Below, one piece after another: positions 56,611 through 64,000 of a stretch of 64,000 nucleotides of DNA (positions are counted from its first letter, which is position 1; the number at the start of each line of letters is the position of its first letter). A program made the translations under genes and the position numbers. Origin of the DNA: Armatimonadota bacterium (GTDB taxonomy: Bacteria; Armatimonadota; UBA10988); the NCBI GenBank assembly GCA_016235455.1, contig JACRKZ010000051.1, positions 1 to 64,000 of the forward strand, written 5' to 3'. The notes under the pieces were generated by a model. It worked only from the letters and a program-made list of their open reading frames with translations, did no database searches and was not told the origin of the DNA.

Positions 56611-59343
56611 CTAGGGCACCGGCGCCAGACGCGCCGCTTGATCGGGCGCCAACCGGACGCGGATCTGCCGCTCGGTTACCGTGCGCATGCCGTCGGCGTC
56701 CGCGACGCGGGCCCGCGGCCACGGGTTGGCCACCATCACGCTGCCGTCGACCGCACTGCGCAGCGTGGTCCAGGTGATCTGCCGCTTGGGCTGGAACTCG
56801 ACCTCGACGATGGCCTGGCGCGCGCGCAGCCGGAACCGGCCGGCCCACTGCGGGCTGACCGCCGGCAGCAGATCCACCGTGCCGGTATGACACTGTATCA
56901 GCGACTCCTGCACGGCGGTCAGGTTCACGCCCACGCTGTCGAAGTACGGCACGTCGGTGACACCGTAGCGCGAGTCTTTGAGCGGATGACCGACGCAGTT
57001 CCATCCGCCATAGGGCCACTTCTGGTGGCGCCGCACATGGTCCATGATGACCGAGAGTGTCTCGGGCAACCGCAGTCGCGCCGCTTGCACCGGGCACTGC
57101 GACCAGCCGGCCGCGTTGCCATGCGCGCGCGAGCGGAACGCGGCGACGGCAAGGGCCAGCTCGGCCGGAGCGGAGCCGGCATCGATGACGGCGAAGGGAT
57201 AGACCGGATACAGCTCGGGCACCTCCATGTTGTGCGACTGCCGGTCGTCGTACAGGTCGCCAAAGGGCGCCAACTGATCCACGGTGCGGTCGACCGACAC
57301 CACGTCGGCGCCCTTCATGCGCACGGCGCCGGTGGGCAGCGGCGCCAGCCTGGCCAGGCGGTCGCGCGCCATGGCCAGCAATTCGGGCTCGAAGCCGAAG
57401 CGCGCGCCGTCACGCAGCACTCGGGCGAAGCACCAGCGGGTGGCCGCCAGGTCGGGCGCGGGGTCCTTGATTTTCCACCACATCTCCGCGGCGTCGGAGA
57501 CCGTGCTGTGGTACAGCCCATCGTCGCCCAGACGCAGCCAGCTCAGCCAGAACAGCGCCGCCTCGCGCAGCCACGGCGCGGCCACCTGCCGCTCGTAGTC
57601 GGCGTCGTGGGCGTAGGCGGCGTAGTCGAGCATGAGCTGCGCCAGTTCGGTCGACTGGCAGATGCTGCGGGCGTTGTAGCCCGAGCCGCACTGCTCCATG
57701 CGCAGGTCGGCCGAGGCTTTGGCGAGCGCCGCCGCGTCGAACGGCGTCGGCGTGTGGGCCGGTGGCGCGCCGGCCCGAGGCGGTGAGGCGCCTTCCCACA
57801 TGCGGATGCCCAGTTTGCCGCCCTGGCGTGTGGCCGCCTGCCACTCGGCGAACTGCCGGTCGTAGAAGTCCAGGTAGGTGCGCGCCAGATCCAGGCGGTT
57901 GCCGGCCAGCAGCGGCCAGATCAGCTCGCGGGTGTTCTGCCACCAGTAGCCCCAGCCCCAGGAGCAGTCGTCGTCGTGCACCAGGCCTGGCCCACCGTTG
58001 AACTTGGGCGGCACGGCGCTGGTGGCGGCCACCGAGGCATACGAGTAGTAGCCGGTGGTCCAGAGTCGTGTGAGCGCGTCGGCGTCCTTGCCGCGCAGGT
58101 CGAGCCAGGCCGATTGCCAGAAGCTGCGCCACCAGGCCAGGTGATCAGCGGTCAGCTTGTCCTTGTCGGCCGCGACGAGTTGGCGGCAGTGTGCAGCCGC
58201 GGCCGCCTCCGGTCGGCCGTCGCGGGTGACGCGCGTGGCCAGCACCAGCCAGTAGCGACGGCCCAGCGGGGTCAGGCTGGCGGCGGTGGCGATACCCAAG
58301 CCCAGGATACGGTCACCCGGGTTGGCCTTGGCGGGGTCGGCCGGCGGCTGCCCGTTCTCGGCCAGCGCGCTGACCTCGCGCAGCAGGTGCACGCCGCCGG
58401 CCTCGCTGGCCACCATGGTTGCGCGGCTGCAGCTCATCTGGATCTGTGCGTTGGGCCGCGCGCGTGGGTCGTCCACGGCGACCAGCAGCGCATTGCCACC
58501 CATCTCGCCAAAGGCCTCGGCGCGTAGCGTGCCTTCGGCCAGGCGCAGTTCGGTGATCACCGACCCTCGGTCGAAGTCGAGGCGCTGCTCGTAGCTCAGG
58601 ATGGCTTCGGGCTTGATGCCGAAGTCCAGCTTCACGTGGCCGGGCGAGACCAGCGTTGGGCTGTAGTGGTACGGCTCGGCCTGGGCGCCGAAGGCGTCGC
58701 TCTTGGTCAGGTGCAACTCCAGCGCGTTGGTGTAGCTCACCATGGCCGACAGGTCGCCCGCGCCGACGGGCATGACCTCGGCGGGATCGGCCGCTGGTTT
58801 GACGAAGCGCGGCGCCAGGGCGGCCCGGCGCTGGGCCGGGGTCTGCGTCGTGAAGTCGGTCGGCGGGATAACCGGCTCCGACCAGACCTGCTCGATGGGG
58901 TTGGTGCGGCTGTCGAGCACCTGCCGGTAGACCTCGCGCCGGTCGCCGGTGAGCACGCGCAGCACCGCGCCGTTGAGGCGCTCCTGACAGCAGTCGAGCC
59001 GGTTGTAGAGCACGATCTTCTGGATGGCCACCTCCTGGCCCAGGTCCACCTCCCACCACTGCGCGCCGCCGACCGCGGTGGTCCAGAAGCTGGCATCGCG
59101 GCCCCAGTCGTACTGCACGATGCCGTCCACGGCGCGCTCGGGCAGGAACGGCGCCATCGACGACGAGGCTGACACCGGCTTTCGGATCGCGATGTTGCGG
59201 CCGCCGACGTAGGCCTCGAGCTCGGCCAGGTGCAGTTCGGCGGTGTGGCCGGCATCGGCTTCCAGGCGCACATAGCGGCCGGTCAGCGGCTGCTCCGGCG
59301 CGGCGCCGAGGGCCAACAGCAGGGCGAGCAGGACGGCGGTCAT
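56611..59343 (-). CDS. Secreted F-type lectin/discoidin plus DUF5703/GH95-like protein, 910 aa
   Basis: WWEVDLG...YNRLDCCQERL; MPVGAGD, YWWQNTR, NMEVPELYPVYPF, GWSQ, LLPAV...W. Confidence 0.75.
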   Translation of the reverse strand: MTAVLLALLLALGAAPEQPLTGRYVRLEADAGHTAELHLAELEAYVGGRNIAIRKPVSASSSMAPFLPERAVDGIVQYDWGRDASFWTTAVGGAQWWEVDLGQEVAIQKIVLYNRLDCCQERLNGAVLRVLTGDRREVYRQVLDSRTNPIEQVWSEPVIPPTDFTTQTPAQRRAALAPRFVKPAADPAEVMPVGAGDLSAMVSYTNALELHLTKSDAFGAQAEPYHYSPTLVSPGHVKLDFGIKPEAILSYEQRLDFDRGSVITELRLAEGTLRAEAFGEMGGNALLVAVDDPRARPNAQIQMSCSRATMVASEAGGVHLLREVSALAENGQPPADPAKANPGDRILGLGIATAASLTPLGRRYWLVLATRVTRDGRPEAAAAAHCRQLVAADKDKLTADHLAWWRSFWQSAWLDLRGKDADALTRLWTTGYYSYASVAATSAVPPKFNGGPGLVHDDDCSWGWGYWWQNTRELIWPLLAGNRLDLARTYLDFYDRQFAEWQAATRQGGKLGIRMWEGASPPRAGAPPAHTPTPFDAAALAKASADLRMEQCGSGYNARSICQSTELAQLMLDYAAYAHDADYERQVAAPWLREAALFWLSWLRLGDDGLYHSTVSDAAEMWWKIKDPAPDLAATRWCFARVLRDGARFGFEPELLAMARDRLARLAPLPTGAVRMKGADVVSVDRTVDQLAPFGDLYDDRQSHNMEVPELYPVYPFAVIDAGSAPAELALAVAAFRSRAHGNAAGWSQCPVQAARLRLPETLSVIMDHVRRHQKWPYGGWNCVGHPLKDSRYGVTDVPYFDSVGVNLTAVQESLIQCHTGTVDLLPAVSPQWAGRFRLRARQAIVEVEFQPKRQITWTTLRSAVDGSVMVANPWPRARVADADGMRTVTERQIRVRLAPDQAARLAPVP

Positions 59344-59355
59344 CTTGGGTGTCCC

Positions 59356-62300
59356 TCACTGGCCGGGCGCGAACAGGTCGAACTGCTGGGCCCGCGCCTC
59401 ACTGGTCAGGCGCACGTAGCGCGCGGTGACCGGGTCGAACCGCTTGCTGTAGATGTTGCCAAAGACGCGCGCCTGGTGCACGGTGCGCCACTGGCCATCA
59501 GTCTGACGCACCTGCAGGGCGATGGGTTGGCTCTGCCCGCGGCGGTGGTCGGCGATGTCCAGCGTCACCTCCAAGCGGTCGAAGGTCACCGTTCCGCCCA
59601 GGTCGACCTCGTCGTTGGCGGCACGGCGGCCGCCGGTCAGCGAACCGGTCGACGGCGCGGCCAGCGCCAAGGGGGCCAACGGCCGGTCGTAGTCGAGTCG
59701 CCAAATGGTCGCGGGTCCGTCACCGGGCCGCGTGAGCAGCCGACGCGAGACCAGTCCGGCAAGCAGCGCGGGTGGCGTGGGCGGCCGTCCGTCGAAGGCG
59801 ATCTGGAATAGCGTCTGGTCGCGATAGAGGCAGCCGGGCCAGGGGCCGGCATGGGTGTTGCGCAGGCAGTCGCCGTAGCGCGTCAGCCAGGCCTGGGTGG
59901 CCGGGCCGACCACCGGCTGCGCGTCGAGCATCGGCCGCAGGCCAAAGAGGTGGTTGCGATCGGCCAGTGCTACGTCGAGCAGTGTGCGGATGCGGGCCTC
60001 GGGGCTGGCGCAGTTGATGACGTCGGCCGCTCGCCGCGCGGGTTCGACCCGTAGCGAGACGACCCGACCGCCGCGGTACACGCAGTCGACGGTGGTGCCG
60101 TGCGCCGCGCGCAGGCGGAACGAGACGTCCCAGTCCTCGGGCCAGGCGGGCAGCAGGAGGATGCGCTCGCCGGCGCTCTGGAGCAACATGCTCTGCAGCG
60201 CGTTAGCCGAGTTGGCGCCGTGGTCGTTGTCGGGAGTGCCGTCCATCTTGCACTCCCAGAACGCGGGGAAGCGTGCGCGCGGCCGCTGGGGGTAGGGCGC
60301 GTCGGGATCGATGTTGTCGGTCCAGTGGATGAACTGGTCACGGAAGTTGAGGCTGACCAGCCGCGCCGCCTCGCGGGCCAGGCCCAGGTAGGCGGCCTGC
60401 ACCGGCGCGGACTGCCAGCCGCCGGTCTCGACCGCCTGCTTGTCGTCGGTGCCGTCGAGGCTGATGTTGCGCACATGGAACGACTGCCGCGCCGTGGCCA
60501 GGAGGGCCGGCTCGCCCAGCCACGCGCCGCGGAACGGATAGATCGAGTACAGCTCAGGCGACTCGCAGATCTCGCGGCCGGCGGCGTACTTGTCGCCGAC
60601 GGCCAGCAGGTCGAGCCCGCGCACGCGTCGCAGCGGCACAGCGGGCAGCGCCACGCGCAGGGCGTGCCAGCGAGCCCGGCGGGCCCCGTCGAGTTCGAAG
60701 GACAGCAGCCGGTCGAGCAGGAAGCGCAGGCAGCCGATCTCGGTGCAGGGGTTGGTCACCGACTGGTAGGTCTCGGCGCAACCCACGTCGGCCATGACCA
60801 GCTTGCCCGCGGCGTCGCGCTGGGTGAAGCGGTTGGCGTAGTAGGCGATGAACTCGTCGGCGCACGGTAGCAGAATATCGCGCAGGAAGGCCCGGTCGCC
60901 GGTGTGCTCGTAGTACTCGCACATGATCGCCGGCAGCTCGATGCTGGCCAGTTGGTGATAGCGCAGGTGGCCGGGCATGGACGCCCAGTCGAACACGCCG
61001 ACGTTGTGCCACCAACTGGCCTCCATGATGAAGGCGCCTTCCAGGCCGAGCAGGCGCCGGCAGTGGTCGCGGCAGATGTCCAGCCCGTCGCGCACGAAAC
61101 GCAGGCCCGGCAGCAACGTGTCATAGTCGCCACGCGTGGCCATCGACCAGTACGGATGCCGCGTGTTCTGCCACATGAACGACAGTTGCGCCCAGTCGCG
61201 GCCGTCGGGCGAGACGGGGTTGGGCTTGGGCGCGTTGAAGCCCAGTACACCGGCGGGCATGTCCATGGTGAAGATCGAGCCGTTGTACGGCGGCGGCACC
61301 TGGCCGCGACTGGCCGCTGCCTCGCAGAACCGCTCCAGGGCGTAACGCTGGCTGATCTGATAGGCGTTCTCGGCGGCGGCGATCGTGCCGTGGTCACGGT
61401 AGGCTCGCGACCCTTGTTCGAACTGGGTGAAGGCGCACGGCGCCAGATTGACAGGTCCCGGGCCGCAGCCGCCGACGAGGATGTAGCTGCGCGCCCAGAA
61501 GTCGCGCCAGTAGGCCTCGTGCGCCGGCCGGTCGGCCGTGGCCCGGCGGTCTGCCGCGGCCAGCCAGGTCGCGACACTGGCCGGCTGGGTCGACTCCGCG
61601 CGTAGCGTGCAGTCGAACCGCCGGGCCGGCTCGCCGCGCAGCGCGGTCGGGCTCAGGCGGCGCAGGCCGGGCGCCTTCAACACGCAGCCGGAGGTGCGGC
61701 CCAACAGCGGGTCCTTGGCCCGGGCGACCATCTCGGGCGTGTTCTGCGCGTGTAGCCGGTCGGCCCAGGCCGACGACTGGTTGCGGTAGCACCAAGCCAG
61801 CCGGTCGGTCTGGTCGGTGAACAGCACGCCGGCGGTGCCGCGCTCGGGCAGCGGCCGGTCGGCGGGAGCGAGCGAGCGCAGGGGCTCGACGCTAACGGTC
61901 AGCCGGCGTGGCACGGCGCCCGAGCCCTCGACGCGCACGAGCGGCTGGGTGGCGTCGACCCAGAGCCGCAGCCGGGCGTCGCCAGCTCGCACCAGCACGG
62001 TGGCATCGCGCAGCGAGAGCGTCTGCTCGAACGGCTCGGTGGGCAGCGCTGGCTCGAAGTGCAGGCGCACGCGGCCCAGCTTGGGCAGCAGGTGGTCGGC
62101 GTCGAAGGCATCCACCTTGCTCACGTAGAACAGCACGTCGCCGCGGTCGTCGACCCAGACGTTCAGCCCGACATCGCCATTGCCCAGCGGCATGGAGCCG
62201 AATGAGTCGCCGCTGGGGCTGTCCCAGACCACGTTGCAGTCGTCCAGCGAGCGCGCTACGCGCGGGGGCTCCGGCCGCGGGGGCGGCGGTTCGCCGGGCG

Positions 62301-62949
62301 ACAGGTCGGCGAGCACCAGCGCATTGATCTGCGTCGAGTACCAGTCGCTGCCGTTGAAGAAGGCCTTGGTGGGCGTGAAAGTCAGCGTCTGGCGCGTGCT
62401 GCCGGCGATGAAGGTGCCGATGGCGTACTGGGCGGTGGGCCCCGCATCGCCGCCCTGCCAGGCCAGCGTCGGCGGGTTGACGTCGCTATCTGCGCCGCGG
62501 GCCGTCTGCTCGGCCGAGGAGAAGGCCGGCCGGAGTTCCGGCCAGGAGCGGTTGTCCGCCACCCAGATCTGGATCTGGTACCGGCGGCCCGGCGTCAGCT
62601 CGCGCAAGGTGAGGCCCTGTGCGCGCGGCGTGGCCAGGCTGCCGGCGTCCTGCACCCCGCCGGCGAGCATGGCGTTGTAGGCCGGTGACAGTCGTGGGTT
62701 CTGATAGAACGCATCGTAGATACCGCCCAGCGACTGCGTGTCACGCGCCTGCGCGGCGAAGGGCTGGAAAGCCACGCCGTTGACCGTCGGCCGGCGGTCC
62801 GCGCCGAAGGTGTAGGCACGCAGCACACGGCCGTTGGTGGCCACGTCGGTGTCGGCGGCGACATCGCGCGGCGGCTGCCAGGTGATTGGTGCCGACCTGG
62901 CGCTGCCGGCCCACATCAGCAGGCCGAGAAGGGCGACCGGTATGCGCAT
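59356..62949 (-). CDS. Secreted DUF5703/GH95-like protein with N-terminal beta-sandwich and C-terminal discoidin-like domain, about 1197 aa
   Basis: VVWDSPS...SMPLGNGDVGLNVW, WQNTRHPYW, ESPELYSIYPF, RFPAFW...PDNDHG, LLPAWPEDWDVSFRLRA. Confidence 0.8.
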   Translation of the reverse strand: MRIPVALLGLLMWAGSARSAPITWQPPRDVAADTDVATNGRVLRAYTFGADRRPTVNGVAFQPFAAQARDTQSLGGIYDAFYQNPRLSPAYNAMLAGGVQDAGSLATPRAQGLTLRELTPGRRYQIQIWVADNRSWPELRPAFSSAEQTARGADSDVNPPTLAWQGGDAGPTAQYAIGTFIAGSTRQTLTFTPTKAFFNGSDWYSTQINALVLADLSPGEPPPPRPEPPRVARSLDDCNVVWDSPSGDSFGSMPLGNGDVGLNVWVDDRGDVLFYVSKVDAFDADHLLPKLGRVRLHFEPALPTEPFEQTLSLRDATVLVRAGDARLRLWVDATQPLVRVEGSGAVPRRLTVSVEPLRSLAPADRPLPERGTAGVLFTDQTDRLAWCYRNQSSAWADRLHAQNTPEMVARAKDPLLGRTSGCVLKAPGLRRLSPTALRGEPARRFDCTLRAESTQPASVATWLAAADRRATADRPAHEAYWRDFWARSYILVGGCGPGPVNLAPCAFTQFEQGSRAYRDHGTIAAAENAYQISQRYALERFCEAAASRGQVPPPYNGSIFTMDMPAGVLGFNAPKPNPVSPDGRDWAQLSFMWQNTRHPYWSMATRGDYDTLLPGLRFVRDGLDICRDHCRRLLGLEGAFIMEASWWHNVGVFDWASMPGHLRYHQLASIELPAIMCEYYEHTGDRAFLRDILLPCADEFIAYYANRFTQRDAAGKLVMADVGCAETYQSVTNPCTEIGCLRFLLDRLLSFELDGARRARWHALRVALPAVPLRRVRGLDLLAVGDKYAAGREICESPELYSIYPFRGAWLGEPALLATARQSFHVRNISLDGTDDKQAVETGGWQSAPVQAAYLGLAREAARLVSLNFRDQFIHWTDNIDPDAPYPQRPRARFPAFWECKMDGTPDNDHGANSANALQSMLLQSAGERILLLPAWPEDWDVSFRLRAAHGTTVDCVYRGGRVVSLRVEPARRAADVINCASPEARIRTLLDVALADRNHLFGLRPMLDAQPVVGPATQAWLTRYGDCLRNTHAGPWPGCLYRDQTLFQIAFDGRPPTPPALLAGLVSRRLLTRPGDGPATIWRLDYDRPLAPLALAAPSTGSLTGGRRAANDEVDLGGTVTFDRLEVTLDIADHRRGQSQPIALQVRQTDGQWRTVHQARVFGNIYSKRFDPVTARYVRLTSEARAQQFDLFAPGQ

Positions 62950-62958
62950 CAACTGCTC

Positions 62959-64000
62959 CTAGCGGCCGAGCCGCACGTTGTCGATAGTGGCCAATCCGCG
63001 GTCGAAAACCACCGGCGCGATGGCCTCGTACTTGAGCCCCGCCGGCGCGAAGCCCAGTTCGCCGCGCGGGATCTCACCGACCTGTCTGCCATCCACCACC
63101 AGCCTGGCGGACCCAGCGTTCCAGACCACCTCGAACGCATGCCAGGCTGCGCCCGGCGCGGCCGACGCGACCTGCCGGTCGCCGGCCTGCAGCACCAGTT
63201 CGGCGGCCTGGCCGCGGCGCAGCGTGACGGTCAGGCCGCGGCCCAGGCGCAGCAGCGGGCCGTTGGCGCCCTCGGCCAGTTGGCCGTCGAAGCTCAGCGA
63301 GCCCGCCGGCTCCGCGGCGTTGAGGTACCCGCTGATCTGCAGCCCGGCGCCGACCGCGGCCCCGCCGCCGTCGCGCCCGGTGGCCAGCCCCGCCGCCTGC
63401 CACGGCGTGCCGACGCGCGTCACGGCCGCTGATCCGAGTGCCTGCTCCGCCTCCGCACCGCGGGTGAAGCTGGCGCTGAAGGTCTGACCCGCGGCCAGGG
63501 CGCCGCGCCGCACCAGCAGCACTGCGCGCCAGTCGCGCTCGGGCACGTCGATAGCCAGCCCCTGGCCGGTCAGCGTCAGGGCTGCGCCGGTCTCCAGGTC
63601 GAGCGCCAGGTCGCGCTTGGGGTCCAGGGCGAGCGCCCGGTAGTCGAGGCTGACCCCGACCTTCGCCGCGGCGCGGTTGGTGTTCACCACCCAGGCCACA
63701 TGCCGGTCAGATGCGCTGTGCAGCGACACCAGCGCGCCTTGGGTGATCGTCTTGGCCGGCGTGTCGGCCTTCCAGTAGGGTCGGAAGCGCACGCCCGGCT
63801 CATACAGCCGGCCCGCCTCGCACAACGCTGGCCAGTGGTTGCCTTGCGCCTCGGGCATGACGTCATGGGCCAGGCACCAGCCGACGAGTTGGTGGATGTG
63901 CTTGGCGGCATGGACCGTGCGGTGGCGGTCGGCCTGGTTCATCATGGTCATCACGCCGCCGGCGCAGACGCTGCTGCCAATCGCGCGCAGCCGGCCCGCG
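62959..64000 (-). CDS. 3' part (5'-truncated) of a glycoside-hydrolase-like protein with a C-terminal LamG-like domain
   Basis: Frame open to the window end; LAHDV...FRPYW...VVNT; WHAFEVVW...LVVDG...IDNVRL. Confidence 0.6.
   Translation of the reverse strand, partial: AGRLRAIGSSVCAGGVMTMMNQADRHRTVHAAKHIHQLVGWCLAHDVMPEAQGNHWPALCEAGRLYEPGVRFRPYWKADTPAKTITQGALVSLHSASDRHVAWVVNTNRAAAKVGVSLDYRALALDPKRDLALDLETGAALTLTGQGLAIDVPERDWRAVLLVRRGALAAGQTFSASFTRGAEAEQALGSAAVTRVGTPWQAAGLATGRDGGGAAVGAGLQISGYLNAAEPAGSLSFDGQLAEGANGPLLRLGRGLTVTLRRGQAAELVLQAGDRQVASAAPGAAWHAFEVVWNAGSARLVVDGRQVGEIPRGELGFAPAGLKYEAIAPVVFDRGLATIDNVRLGR

Noticed and set aside
1-64000. tRNA, rRNA, riboswitch, integrase or prophage genes
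   Set aside because: None recognised by eye. An Infernal/tRNAscan run would be needed to exclude small RNAs.

Overview
Very GC-rich bacterial chromosomal window. Three prepilin-like H-X9-DG/DUF1559 genes, flagellar genes and large secreted glycoside-hydrolase-like proteins suggest Armatimonadota (inferred, not proven). From left to right: (1) the 3' end of coaBC, a MITE-like nested-palindrome element with flanking direct repeats and a TIR-STAND-TPR (NLR-like) gene, both lying between coaBC and priA; (2) priA; (3) three prepilin-like genes, lipoprotein peptidases, a threonine aldolase and an MshEN-type GspE/PilB plus GspF/PilC; (4) a flhA-flhF-(ZAS protein in the flhG slot)-ycgR-fliA operon; (5) an M14 carboxypeptidase and a cold-shock gene that appears to start at ATC; (6) a 24-kb minus-strand array of secreted paralogues (DUF3160 alone, two DUF3160-TPR-PQQ fusions, TPR-PQQ alone, two PEGA-propeller proteins) interleaved with glycoside-hydrolase-like genes behind an orphan OmpR regulator; (7) DUF5703/GH95-like genes. 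The DUF3160/TPR-PQQ/PEGA array is the best candidate for an undescribed system. No rRNA, tRNA or CRISPR array was recognised. All family calls come from motif recognition by eye, not database searches.
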